Origin: Alphaproteobacteria bacterium
GTDB taxonomy: Bacteria; Pseudomonadota; Alphaproteobacteria; Rickettsiales; JABIRX01
Direction of reading: 5' to 3'
NCBI GenBank assembly: GCA_018667735.1
Contig: JABIRX010000015.1
Location: 27,569 to 91,568 of the forward strand
DNA length: 64,000 nt
The notes below the pieces were generated by a model. It saw only the letters and a program-made list of their open reading frames with translations. It did no database searches and had not been told where the DNA came from. The position numbers and the translations under genes were made by a program. Positions 20,218 through 29,998 of this stretch are shown piece by piece. Every line of letters starts with the position of its first letter. Position 1 is the first letter of the stretch.

Positions 20218-21064
20218 ATGTGAGTATTTTTTATTTAAATATTTTTTATTCATTTTTGCTCTCTTGCCTTACCGTTTATCAGGAAATTTAGCTTCTTTTT
20301 TGCTTGCTTCATTATCTCATTTATTTGGTGCTAACAAAATAGCTAAAAAAAATCTGGAAATGGTATTTCCCAATCATAGTAAAGTGCAAATTAATAAAAT
20401 CAGACAAGAATCTTGGGAGAATTTAGGTAGGAATTTCTCAGAATATGCGCATTTTGCTAAAATGAAACCTAATGAGATAAGAAAAAAAGTAAACATAAAG
20501 GGTAAGGTATATTTAGAGGAGCTGTTGAGACAAAATAAAAATGTAATCTTTTTTACAGCTCATTATAGTAATTGGGAGTTATCTAGCTTAATTTTGGCTA
20601 TAGAAGGTTTTAAAATGAATGGTATTTACAGACCCGCTAATAATTCTTATATCGATAAAAAAGTTAATCTTGCTAGAAAAACAAACTTAAATGTATCATT
20701 GCACCCAAAGAGTAGGGTAGGCTCCATATCTTTTGTAAAAGCTATTAAAGCTGGAGAATCTGGAGGTATTTTGATAGATCAAAAATATCGTAAGGGAGTA
20801 AAGGTTAGTTTTTTTGGCAAAAAAGCCTTTTCTTCGACTTTTATTGTAAATATAGCTAAAAAATATAAAGTCTCACTTGTGCCTGCTCATGTTGAAAGGT
20901 TAAAAAATGGAGATTTTGAGTTTATTGTTGAAAAGCCAATAACAGCTGAATCTATAGAGCATAAAACAGATAAGCAAATATTACAAAAGTTAAATAAAAT
21001 TCTAGAAAAATGGATAAAGAGAAACCCTGGACAGTGGTTTTGGGTTCATAACAGATGGGGTTAA
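20186..21064 (+). CDS. Lipid A biosynthesis late acyltransferase (LpxL/HtrB family)
   Basis: 292 aa. HX4E acyltransferase motif (TAHYSNWE), ILIDQKY, and the C-terminal PGQWFWVHNRW typical of the family. The start is uncertain, with up to 32 nt of overlap with lpxK. Confidence 0.75.
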   Translation: MMQQLKKIQHKCEYFLFKYFLFIFALLPYRLSGNLASFLLASLSHLFGANKIAKKNLEMVFPNHSKVQINKIRQESWENLGRNFSEYAHFAKMKPNEIRKKVNIKGKVYLEELLRQNKNVIFFTAHYSNWELSSLILAIEGFKMNGIYRPANNSYIDKKVNLARKTNLNVSLHPKSRVGSISFVKAIKAGESGGILIDQKYRKGVKVSFFGKKAFSSTFIVNIAKKYKVSLVPAHVERLKNGDFEFIVEKPITAESIEHKTDKQILQKLNKILEKWIKRNPGQWFWVHNRWG

Positions 21065-21074
21065 TATTTAGTAT

Positions 21075-22199
21075 ATGGAAGAGGTAACATTATTATTTAT
21101 AGGTGCTGCTTTAGGTGGCCTTGTTGTATATTTGATTTTAAGTAAAAAATTAGCTATTTATAAATATCAATATGAAACAAAATCTGAAATAAAAGAGCAG
21201 TTACTTAAAGAGTTCAAGCTAATTTCAAATGAAGTATTAGATGGGGGTAATAAAAATCTATTATACAAAAATAATTTAGAAATGGAAAAAGTAATTACTC
21301 CTTTCCGGGATAAAATAAATGCATTAGAGAAGAAAATCTCAGAATGCTATGATAAAGAGTTAAGGGATAAAATATCTTTAAGAGAAGAGCTTAAAAGCTT
21401 GGGGGAGCTTAATGTAAAATTAAGCCAGGAGGCTTTGAATTTAACTACGGCATTAAAAGGTAATAATAAAATTCAGGGTAATTGGGGCGAGATGATCCTT
21501 GAATCTATACTGGAAAAATCAGGTCTAAAAAAAGGAGCGGAATACGAGGTTCAAGAAACCACAAATAATGTTAATGGTGATAGAATTCAGCCAGATGTGA
21601 TTATTTATTTGCCAGAGCAGAAACATGTCATAATAGATGCAAAACTATCGCTAAAGTCATATGAACTTCATGTTAATGAGGAGGATGTCATAAAAAAAGA
21701 ATTATTTCTAAAAGAGCATATAAAATCTATCAGAAGACATATTAACCAATTGTCAGAAAAAAGTTATCAAACCTCAGTAAAGCATAATACATTAGACTTT
21801 ATTCTGATGTTTATACCTATAGAATCATCTTATTTGTTAGCTATTCAAGAAGATGAAGAGTTGTTTTGGTATGCTTGGGAAAGGAAGATATTAATAGTAA
21901 GTCCATCAACTCTACATTCTACTCTAAAAATTATTGTAGCATTGTGGCGTCAAGAGAAGCAAAATAAGAATGCAAAAAATATAGGGCAGCTAAGTGGAGC
22001 ATTATATGATAAATTTATAAGTTTTTTAGAAGATATGGAGAAAGTAGGTAGATCTCTTAGAATTGCAGATAAATCTTATAATGATGCTATGCAGAAAATA
22101 TCTACAGGGCGTGGAAATGTAATAAGTAAATTGGAGAAAATAAAAGCTCTTGGTGCAAAAACCTCAAAAAAAATACCAGAAAATCTTATAGATGAATAG
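21075..22199 (+). CDS. rmuC: DNA recombination protein RmuC
   Basis: 374 aa with an N-terminal TM helix and a coiled coil. Core motifs: GNWGEMILESIL, QPDVIIYLPEQKHVIIDAKLSLKSY and MFIPIES...ILIVSPSTL. Confidence 0.9.
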   Translation: MEEVTLLFIGAALGGLVVYLILSKKLAIYKYQYETKSEIKEQLLKEFKLISNEVLDGGNKNLLYKNNLEMEKVITPFRDKINALEKKISECYDKELRDKISLREELKSLGELNVKLSQEALNLTTALKGNNKIQGNWGEMILESILEKSGLKKGAEYEVQETTNNVNGDRIQPDVIIYLPEQKHVIIDAKLSLKSYELHVNEEDVIKKELFLKEHIKSIRRHINQLSEKSYQTSVKHNTLDFILMFIPIESSYLLAIQEDEELFWYAWERKILIVSPSTLHSTLKIIVALWRQEKQNKNAKNIGQLSGALYDKFISFLEDMEKVGRSLRIADKSYNDAMQKISTGRGNVISKLEKIKALGAKTSKKIPENLIDE

Positions 22200-22248
22200 A
22201 AAAACTGTAAGATAGTTTGACTTAGTATTATCAAGTGAAGGAAAGTTA

Positions 22249-22324
22249 TGGTGGGCGCTCAGGGATTCGAACCCTGGACCTGCTGATTAAAAGTCAGTTG
22301 CTCTACCAACTGAGCTAAGCGCCC
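22249..22324 (-). tRNA. tRNA-Lys (anticodon UUU), CCA encoded
   Basis: The reverse complement gggcgcttagctcagttggtagagcaactgaCTTTTAAtcagcaggtccagggttcgaatccctgagcgcccacca folds as a cloverleaf by hand, with acceptor gggcgct/agcgccc and T-loop ttcgaat. Confidence 0.9.
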
Positions 22325-22388
22325 ATGGCCTTATTTTTTAACTTTATCTAATTAAAAGTCAATAGAAAGGTTTGTTTTTATATAAAAT

Positions 22389-23342
22389 ATGATTAGTATA
22401 TTTAGCATGTTTATAAGAATATTTTTATTAATCTTTTTTTTATCTCACAATTTACAAGCTAAAGAATATAAAATTCTGGCAATCATTGGTGATGAGATAA
22501 TAACAAATTATGATTTAGAACAGAGAATCAAGGTTATTTCGTTAACCTCTGGCAGATCTTTTTCCGGACAAAATCTCTTCGCCCTCAAAAACCAGTTGCT
22601 AGATGTTTTGGTTACAGAAAAAATTTATTTAACCGAAGCAAGAAAAAGCAATCTATTACCCGCAGCCACTCAGATTAAAAATTCTTACACTAAAATGATC
22701 GAACAAAGTAATTTCAATGTGACATCATTTGAAAATAATCTAGCAGCTTTAGACATAGACACAGATTCTATCAAAGACCAAATAAAAGCGGAGCTTGCCT
22801 GGCAAAATATCATTATTGGAAAAATTAAAGCAAAAGTAAAAATAAATGACTTCGAAATAGAAGATTATCTAAGTGAAGAAAATAATTTGGGTGAGAATGA
22901 ATATTTATTAAAAATATTAGAGTTTCCAATAAAAGAAAATGTAAGCATTTATGAATTAGAACAAATAATGAATAAAATTTATCAAGATGTTGCAAATAAT
23001 ACAAATAACTTTGATGAAGTGATAAAAGATTTTTCATCCTCTGATGTTAATCTTAAGCAGCCTATATGGAAAAAGTTAAATGAATTAGATGAAGAAATAA
23101 GGCAATATATTCCACTGCTTAAAAAAGGAGAATTATCAAAGCCTGTAAAGGCAGAAGATAAATATTATTTAGTACTATTAGAAGATGTTAGGAAAAATTT
23201 AGTGAAGCCAGATAATACTAAAGCTAGGGATGAAATTTATCGAAAACTCTTTTTAAAAAAGTTAGAAGCTGCAGCAGAGTCTTATATAGATAACGCCAAA
23301 AGATCTACATTTACCGAATATAAAATAAATGGCTCTATTTGA
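22389..23342 (+). CDS. SurA-like periplasmic chaperone with a degenerate parvulin-type domain
   Basis: Signal peptide (LLIFFLSHNLQA). SurA N-terminal pattern ILAIIGDEIITNYDLEQRI. The C-terminal parvulin-like stretch (FDEVIKDFSSS...LKKGELSKPVKAEDKYYLVLLEDVR) lacks the usual His motif. The surA-ksgA order resembles the enterobacterial surA-pdxA-ksgA. Confidence 0.65.
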   Translation: MISIFSMFIRIFLLIFFLSHNLQAKEYKILAIIGDEIITNYDLEQRIKVISLTSGRSFSGQNLFALKNQLLDVLVTEKIYLTEARKSNLLPAATQIKNSYTKMIEQSNFNVTSFENNLAALDIDTDSIKDQIKAELAWQNIIIGKIKAKVKINDFEIEDYLSEENNLGENEYLLKILEFPIKENVSIYELEQIMNKIYQDVANNTNNFDEVIKDFSSSDVNLKQPIWKKLNELDEEIRQYIPLLKKGELSKPVKAEDKYYLVLLEDVRKNLVKPDNTKARDEIYRKLFLKKLEAAAESYIDNAKRSTFTEYKINGSI

Positions 23343-24126
23343 TTCCACTACTAATGAGATTATAAAAAGCTATAATCTTAGGCCAGAAAAAAAATTTGGG
23401 CAAAATTTTATCATAAACCAAAGTTTAACTTTCAAAATAATATCTTTTTTTGAGGATATTAAAGAATATGAGATTATTGAAATAGGTCCTGGGCCATTAG
23501 CTTTAACTAGAGCTATATTATCTCTAAATCCCAAAAAACTTAACTTAGTGGAATTAGATCGCAAATTTGAAAAATTATTTGTTGATTTACAAGATGAGTA
23601 TCAAAAACAAATAGAAATATTCTTTTTAGATGCTTTAAAAATAGATTTCACAAAATTTAGCAACAATCTAGCTATCATTTCAAATTTACCTTATAATATT
23701 AGTACGCCATTTTTAGTTAAAACATGTATGAGTGATAATATTAAGCAAATGCTCCTTATGTTCCAAAAAGAAGTAGCCGAACGAATTATTGCCAAGCCAA
23801 ACAGTAAAAATTATGGTCGTTTATCAATATTAGCACAGAGCTATTATGATATAAAAAAAGTGCTGAATGTAAGCCCTAATGCTTTCTCACCCGCACCTAA
23901 GGTAAACTCAGCAATTTTACATTTTAAATATCACAATAAAATAGAAAATGGCATTAGTGCAAAGCAATTAGAAAAATTAACAGGAATATTATTTTCAAAG
24001 CGTAGAAAAAAAGTTAGTACTATATTAAAGGGTTATAATTTAAAAAATTTAGATGTAGATCTAAACTTAAGACCGGAGCAATTAACTTTAAAAGAGTTCC
24101 ATTATCTAGCTAATTTAATTGAGTAA
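23329..24126 (+). CDS. rsmA: 16S rRNA (adenine1518/1519-N6)-dimethyltransferase
   Basis: PEKKFGQNFI, IEIGPGPLALT, ISNLPYNISTP and FSPAPKVNSA are KsgA/RsmA motifs. Confidence 0.92.
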   Translation: MALFDSTTNEIIKSYNLRPEKKFGQNFIINQSLTFKIISFFEDIKEYEIIEIGPGPLALTRAILSLNPKKLNLVELDRKFEKLFVDLQDEYQKQIEIFFLDALKIDFTKFSNNLAIISNLPYNISTPFLVKTCMSDNIKQMLLMFQKEVAERIIAKPNSKNYGRLSILAQSYYDIKKVLNVSPNAFSPAPKVNSAILHFKYHNKIENGISAKQLEKLTGILFSKRRKKVSTILKGYNLKNLDVDLNLRPEQLTLKEFHYLANLIE

Positions 24127-25363
24127 AGATAAACCAAATTGTTAAGGTCAATAAAATAGCTAAGCATAAGTAACTAAAATAAAAAAAAGCTTTTCTTGGC
24201 CTATATTTAGCAGGGTAACTTTTATCTGAAATTAAGCGTAAATTTAATATTGCTATAATAGGAGTTGTTAAAAAAGAAATTACAGTCGCTACCATAATTA
24301 ATTTCATCATATTGCTAACAAAAAACAATATTGTTAATCCAGTAAATAGCACAGAAATTGTTAGTATATATACATATAGTTTTTCTTCATTGCATATTTT
24401 GTTTTTATTTTCAAAAAACAATAGTTTTAAAGATTTTGTAATAGTTCTGGGGTAACCATCTACACATGTAATCACGGTTGAGAACATTGTAATAAAAGCG
24501 GTAAGACCAATTAAGTAATAGGACCAGGATCCCAAGCTTTTTGTATATAACTCTAATAAAGTGGAAACAAAATCGATGCTTTTATTTGGTAAGATGTTAT
24601 CTGTTCCATAAAACATAATATAACCTAATAACAAAAATATCACTCCTAAAAATGCAGTAGTAAAAAATCCTGTTCTAAAATCAATTAAAGATTTTTTATA
24701 GGAAGTTTCGCCATTCTGGTTTTTGTTTTTTTCAGTAATCCATATAGAGTTCCATATAGCACAATCTAAGGGAGCCGGCATCCAGCCTAGAAATCCTATT
24801 AAAAAGATGATATCAAGCTTGTTGCTAAAGCTGAAACTTGGCACTGTTTTTTTTAAAGCAATTTCAGAGCTAGTAAAGGCTAATATCAAAGCTATTATGG
24901 AGCTTAAAGTTAATAATAAAATAATATATTTAATTCCTTTATCTAACAGCTTATATTTGCCAAGTACTAAGATAATATAACAAAATAACAACACTATAAT
25001 TGAGCTAGATTTTATATCTAAACCAATTTTAAAAACATTGGCAAAGATACCGGCTGCAACTACAGTAACAGCAGATAAAAAAGTGAATATTGAAATTAGA
25101 GTTATAAGCAAATATATAATCAGATAGTTTTTGTTTAATTTATTATATCCATGTAATAAACTTCTTTTGGTAACAGAGCTATATCTTGGAGCAATTTCGA
25201 AGAATGGATATTTTGTTACATGGGCAATAATTATAAATAGAATAAATAATAAACCATATTTAGCTCCAGCTTGAACGGATTGTACAAGATGAGAAACTCC
25301 TATAGCGGTTGCAGCTAATAAAATTCCAGGGCCTAGGGAATTAAAAAAATTACTAATGCGCAT
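24110..25363 (-). CDS. NRAMP-like divalent metal transporter family membrane protein
   Basis: About 11-12 predicted TM segments. The N terminus LGPGILLAATAIGVSHLVQSVQAGAKYGL resembles the NRAMP/MntH-like signature. I prefer the ATG at 25363; the ORF track uses the TTG at 25366. The 3' end overlaps the rsmA 3' end by 17 nt, in convergent orientation. Confidence 0.55.
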   Translation of the reverse strand: MRISNFFNSLGPGILLAATAIGVSHLVQSVQAGAKYGLLFILFIIIAHVTKYPFFEIAPRYSSVTKRSLLHGYNKLNKNYLIIYLLITLISIFTFLSAVTVVAAGIFANVFKIGLDIKSSSIIVLLFCYIILVLGKYKLLDKGIKYIILLLTLSSIIALILAFTSSEIALKKTVPSFSFSNKLDIIFLIGFLGWMPAPLDCAIWNSIWITEKNKNQNGETSYKKSLIDFRTGFFTTAFLGVIFLLLGYIMFYGTDNILPNKSIDFVSTLLELYTKSLGSWSYYLIGLTAFITMFSTVITCVDGYPRTITKSLKLLFFENKNKICNEEKLYVYILTISVLFTGLTILFFVSNMMKLIMVATVISFLTTPIIAILNLRLISDKSYPAKYRPRKAFFYFSYLCLAILLTLTIWFIFTQLN

Positions 25364-25367
25364 CAAT

Positions 25368-27092
25368 TTATGAATTTAGAAATGACTCTATATCAAAGTC
25401 ATCTGGATTTGCGTTGGTTGATTTGGCTTTTTCCTTAGTTTGTTGATCATCTGATTCTTCATCATTATTATCACTGTCGTCAGCTTTATGAACAGCTTCC
25501 GCATTAGTATTGTATATCTCTTCAACCTGTTCGCTATCATCAATTTCTTTAATGACGCTTTCGGTATTGTCACTTTCAGTTGTAATCTGTTGATTTACCG
25601 AGTCTAGCTGTTCTTTTTTTAATACTCCACCCTCTAAAAAACTACCAATATTTAATTTATCAATACTGGACTCTTTATCTGAACTTACTGCAAGATGGTT
25701 ATTATCTTCATTTCCTAAATTTTGATCGAGGAGCTTATCTGAGAAATCATCAGCAGGGTTATCTAGGTCAACTTCATTTTTAAAAGAGTCCGATTCCTCT
25801 AAGAGACTAGCGTCTTTATTAGATTGTAGGCCTTCATTCTCTGCAATATTATGGGAAAGTTCATTTTGTTTTGTCACGGCATCATTAGTTGTTGAAATTT
25901 CTGGATCAGCTTCTAGATTAATTTCAGAGCTATCTTTAACTGAAGTTGTTAGGTTGTTACTATCTATAATATCATTCAAAATATCATCAGTTTGTTCTAC
26001 TATATTATTTAATGTTTTAATATCATCATTATTATCAATTTTATCATTGGTAAAATTGTATAATTCTTGTAAATCTGAAAGAGAATTCTCACTAAGGCTT
26101 AAAAATCTTGCTTCATTAATTAAGTTGATTAAACCAGTAGGGCTAAAGATAGTTATATCTTTTTCCGCAGCATATTTAAAAAGATTAGCATCAAGCGCAA
26201 TTAGGTTGCGCAGAATTCCTTCTGAAGGTATGTATAGACAAGATAATATTTTGCTAAAATTATTGGGTCTTTCAAGAGTATTTAAAGCATCTATAATATT
26301 ATCTTTTAAATTCTGATTGGCTAAATAATCAATTCTAGCTCTTAATACTGTATTGATTTCATTTTTGCTTTTATCGTTAATATTTGCAAATATGGTTTGG
26401 TTTTTTATTAAGAATTCTGTGAATATACCATCTATCATAAAAGCAATGTTGTTTGCAGAAAATACAATGGAGTAATCAATTTTATTTTTATCATCAGGAT
26501 TATACTGAGTGATTAAGTCAGTTTCTTCTTCTAAATTTATTGAACTTAAAATTTTTCCTAATGGTACTATAGTAAGGGGGGTGTTATTATTACTCAATTG
26601 TAGCTTTTCTAAATTGAGTTTATTATTTAAAATGGTTAAATGTTTTTCTTGTATAGCAAAAATTAGGTTGATTAATTCCTGCTTATAAATTTGAAGTTTT
26701 TCTTTATTATCAAGTTGATGATTTTCTGATAATTCTTGGTTTTGAAATTCTAATCTTTCAATTTCATCTTTATATATACTGATCTCATTTTCTAAGTTTG
26801 TAATTTGCTCAGGGCTTGCAGCTGAACTTTGACCATCTACTAAAGCCTTTTGATATATTTCTTGCTTTTCATTATCAAAATTAAGTACTTTTTTCTCCAA
26901 TTCACTATTATGATTCTGTTGAGCTTTTATAGTATTGTCTTTTTCTTCAGCAATATGTTTTGCTTCATCTGCTTGTTTTTTATTAGTAACTTGAACTTCA
27001 TAATAAAGCTTTTGATATTTTTTTAGTGCAAAACCAAATAAAACAGTTCCGGCAAATCCTGCGATAGTCAAAATAGAGAGAAGTATAACCAT
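25368..27092 (-). CDS. Divergent RmuC-like membrane-anchored coiled-coil protein with an acidic C-terminal tail
   Basis: 574 aa with an N-terminal TM helix and a Q/E/K-rich coiled coil. The core aligns by eye to RmuC: IDYSIVFSANNIAFMIDGIFTEF, and LYIPSEGILRNLIALDANLFKYAAEKDITIFSPTGL. The last ~200 aa are D/E/N/S-rich and low in complexity. Confidence 0.45.
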   Translation of the reverse strand: MVILLSILTIAGFAGTVLFGFALKKYQKLYYEVQVTNKKQADEAKHIAEEKDNTIKAQQNHNSELEKKVLNFDNEKQEIYQKALVDGQSSAASPEQITNLENEISIYKDEIERLEFQNQELSENHQLDNKEKLQIYKQELINLIFAIQEKHLTILNNKLNLEKLQLSNNNTPLTIVPLGKILSSINLEEETDLITQYNPDDKNKIDYSIVFSANNIAFMIDGIFTEFLIKNQTIFANINDKSKNEINTVLRARIDYLANQNLKDNIIDALNTLERPNNFSKILSCLYIPSEGILRNLIALDANLFKYAAEKDITIFSPTGLINLINEARFLSLSENSLSDLQELYNFTNDKIDNNDDIKTLNNIVEQTDDILNDIIDSNNLTTSVKDSSEINLEADPEISTTNDAVTKQNELSHNIAENEGLQSNKDASLLEESDSFKNEVDLDNPADDFSDKLLDQNLGNEDNNHLAVSSDKESSIDKLNIGSFLEGGVLKKEQLDSVNQQITTESDNTESVIKEIDDSEQVEEIYNTNAEAVHKADDSDNNDEESDDQQTKEKAKSTNANPDDFDIESFLNS

Positions 27093-27197
27093 AATTAATA
27101 ACCAAAATTATTGTAGTAATATTATCTTAATCTTATATGATTTAAGTTATATTTTTCAAGTATGTTTTATAAATTTAAATATTAATTTCACATAAAT

Positions 27198-28535
27198 ATG
27201 ACAAATCCAAGTAATATTTCCTTTCTTATTTTGGCAGCAGGTAAGGGTTCGCGCATGAATTCAGAGAAGCCAAAGGTCTTACATAAAGTTTTTAACACCA
27301 CCATATTAAACCTTTTAATTGAGAATGCTACTGAACAAAATAACGATAAAATAAGTATTGTGATTTCAGAAGAGGGCAGGTTTATTGAGAAAACTATAGA
27401 AAGTAACAAAAAATTTGACTATATAATACAAAAAGAAAGATTAGGTACAGCCCATGCAGTAAAAACTGCGCTAACAGAAGGTAACATAGCTGATGATGGA
27501 ACCTTAATAATACTTTATGGCGATAGCCCATTTATTTCAAGTAAGACAGTTTCAAAATTAACTAAAAAAATAGAAATGGGTAATTTAGCTACTGTTGCAG
27601 CTTTTAATTGCGAAGTTGAAAATCAATATGGCAGATTATGTGTTAATGGTGATGAGTTAGAGAGAATAGTTGAGTATAAAGATGCAAATAAAGAGGAAAA
27701 AAAGATAAAATTATGCAATTCTGGTATAATGGCTTTAAATTTAAAGCATGCAAGGCGTTTAATTAGCAAAATAAATAACAATAATAATAATAAAGAGTAT
27801 TATTTAACAGATATTATCGAGGAAGTTAATAAAATAAACGAAAAAGCAAGTTTTGTGGAAGTTGAGTATGATGAGGTTCAAGGTATAAATAATAAAATCG
27901 AATTAGCGAATGCTAGTAAGCATTATTTTGCAGTAAATCGTAAAAAAGCTCTAGATAATGGAGTTACGCTGATAGATCCAGATACAAGCTTTTTAGGTCA
28001 TGCGATAGAATTTGGTAAGGATGTAGTGATAGAGCCTAATGTAACTATTTTTGCACATAGTAAAGTTGGTGACAGGGTAACTATTAAGTCACATTCATAC
28101 ATAGAAGAAGCAATTATAAAAAATGACATTACTATAGGACCTTTTGCCAGAATAAGACCTAATACGGAAATTAAAAATAAAGTTAAAATTGGTAACTTTG
28201 TAGAAATTAAAAATTCTGTAATAAATACATCAAGTAAAATAAATCATTTTAGTTATATCGGAGATAGTGAAATAGGAGAGTCTGTAAATATAGGTGCTGG
28301 AACTATAACTTGTAATTATGATGGTTTTAAAAAACATAAAACTATAATTAAGGATAAAGTATTTATAGGTTCAAATTCTTCCCTAGTTGCTCCTCTAACC
28401 ATAGGTGAAGGATCTATCATAGGCGCTGGTAGTACAATAACTAGTGACATTACTAGCAATTCTGTTACAATTTCGCGCTGTGAACAGAAAAATATTGCTG
28501 ATGCAAGAGAATTTAGAAAGAAAAAAAACACTTAA
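27198..28535 (+). CDS. glmU: Bifunctional UDP-N-acetylglucosamine pyrophosphorylase / glucosamine-1-phosphate N-acetyltransferase
   Basis: ILAAGKGSRMNS, QKERLGTAHAV, YGDSPF, and C-terminal hexapeptide repeats (NIGAGTITCNYDG). Confidence 0.95.
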   Translation: MTNPSNISFLILAAGKGSRMNSEKPKVLHKVFNTTILNLLIENATEQNNDKISIVISEEGRFIEKTIESNKKFDYIIQKERLGTAHAVKTALTEGNIADDGTLIILYGDSPFISSKTVSKLTKKIEMGNLATVAAFNCEVENQYGRLCVNGDELERIVEYKDANKEEKKIKLCNSGIMALNLKHARRLISKINNNNNNKEYYLTDIIEEVNKINEKASFVEVEYDEVQGINNKIELANASKHYFAVNRKKALDNGVTLIDPDTSFLGHAIEFGKDVVIEPNVTIFAHSKVGDRVTIKSHSYIEEAIIKNDITIGPFARIRPNTEIKNKVKIGNFVEIKNSVINTSSKINHFSYIGDSEIGESVNIGAGTITCNYDGFKKHKTIIKDKVFIGSNSSLVAPLTIGEGSIIGAGSTITSDITSNSVTISRCEQKNIADAREFRKKKNT

Positions 28536-29451
28536 TATTTTTCTAGCTAACCCAAGAGGTTTTTGCGCTGGGGTGGAAAGAGCTATTTCAATAGTTGAAA
28601 AAGCTTTAGAGAAATATGGAGCTCCTATTTATATAAAACATGAAATAGTACATAATAAATATGTGGTCGATACTCTTAAAGAGAAGGGGGCTATTTTTGT
28701 TGAAGATGTTGCTGAAATTCCACAAAATGCAATAACTATTTATAGTGCGCATGGGGTTTCAAAAAAAGTTGAGCTTGATTCTGAGGCTAAAGCGAGCAAA
28801 ATTTTTGATGCAACATGTCCATTAGTCAAGAAAGTGCATAATAGAGTTGTTAATCTTGCTAAAGATAATAAAAAAATTATTTTAATAGGTCATAATAACC
28901 ACCCAGAAGTTGAAGGTACTAGTGGCAGAGTTGCAGAAGAGGTTATTTTAATAGAAAATAAAGATGATGCTTTAAGATTGGAGTTAGATGATTGTAATAA
29001 TCTTGCTTATACTACACAGACAACTTTAAGTATAGATGATACCAGAGAAATAATAGCAATTTTAAAGAAAAAATTTCCAAATATAATAGAGCCTAAAAGT
29101 GACGATATATGTTACGCAACACAAAATCGACAAAATGCAGTTAAAGCAATAGTAAAAGATATAGATTTGTTATTAGTTATTGGCGCAAAAAATAGTTCTA
29201 ATTCTAATAGATTAAGAGATATTGGTACAGAAAATAATAAAAAAAGCTTTTTAATTGCAGATGCAGCTGAAATAAATGATAAATGGCTAGAAAATATTAG
29301 TAACATTGCTATAACTGCAGGTGCTTCAGCTCCAGAAATTTTAGTGGAAGAGGTAATAAATTACCTAAAAGAAAATTTTTTAGTGAACATAAAGCATATT
29401 GATGGTAAAAAAGAAAATATAGTATTTAATTTACCCAAGGAGCTTCAATGA
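28501..29451 (+). CDS. ispH: 4-hydroxy-3-methylbut-2-enyl diphosphate reductase
   Basis: ANPRGFCAGVERAI, YSAHGVS, DATCPLV, GHNNHPEV and ICYATQNRQ are LytB/IspH Cys/His motifs. I prefer the ATG at 28501, which overlaps glmU by 35 nt, over the ORF-track start at 28444. Confidence 0.92.
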   Translation: MQENLERKKTLNIFLANPRGFCAGVERAISIVEKALEKYGAPIYIKHEIVHNKYVVDTLKEKGAIFVEDVAEIPQNAITIYSAHGVSKKVELDSEAKASKIFDATCPLVKKVHNRVVNLAKDNKKIILIGHNNHPEVEGTSGRVAEEVILIENKDDALRLELDDCNNLAYTTQTTLSIDDTREIIAILKKKFPNIIEPKSDDICYATQNRQNAVKAIVKDIDLLLVIGAKNSSNSNRLRDIGTENNKKSFLIADAAEINDKWLENISNIAITAGASAPEILVEEVINYLKENFLVNIKHIDGKKENIVFNLPKELQ

Positions 29452-29981
29452 CAAAAACTTTACTGACTTTAACTTTTTATATAACTTTTATTTTTAACAT
29501 CATGGCAGAAAACAATAAGACTAACGAAAACACATTACTTTTAGAATTAAAATACGGCATAGTAGAAATAGAGCTATTACCTGAAGTTGCTCCAAATCAT
29601 GTAGCTAGAATCAAGGAATTAGTAAAAGATAACTTCTATGATAATATAGTTTTTCATCGAGTTATAGATGGCTTTATGGCACAAACTGGAGATCCTACTG
29701 GAACAGGAACAGGAGGTAGTGGGCAGAATATAGCAGCTGAATTTTCTGGGGTACCCCATAAAAGAGGTATGTTATCTATGGCTAGAGCATCAGACCCAGA
29801 TTCAGCAGATAGTCAGTTTTTTATTGTTCTAGAAGATTCTTCTCATTTGGATAACCAATATACTATATGGGGACAAGTTACAAAAGGTATGGAGTTTGTT
29901 GACCAAATTAAGAAAGGTAATTCCTATGCTAATGGCATGGTAAATGATCCTGATAAAATAATATCATTAAAAATTAAGTAA
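29448..29981 (+). CDS. Periplasmic cyclophilin-type peptidyl-prolyl cis-trans isomerase
   Basis: Signal-like N terminus, then FHRVIDGFMAQTGDPTGTGTGGSG...LSMARASDPDSADSQFFI, a cyclophilin signature. Confidence 0.9.
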   Translation: MTKTLLTLTFYITFIFNIMAENNKTNENTLLLELKYGIVEIELLPEVAPNHVARIKELVKDNFYDNIVFHRVIDGFMAQTGDPTGTGTGGSGQNIAAEFSGVPHKRGMLSMARASDPDSADSQFFIVLEDSSHLDNQYTIWGQVTKGMEFVDQIKKGNSYANGMVNDPDKIISLKIK

Positions 29982-29998
29982 TTTGCTAATAGGATAAA

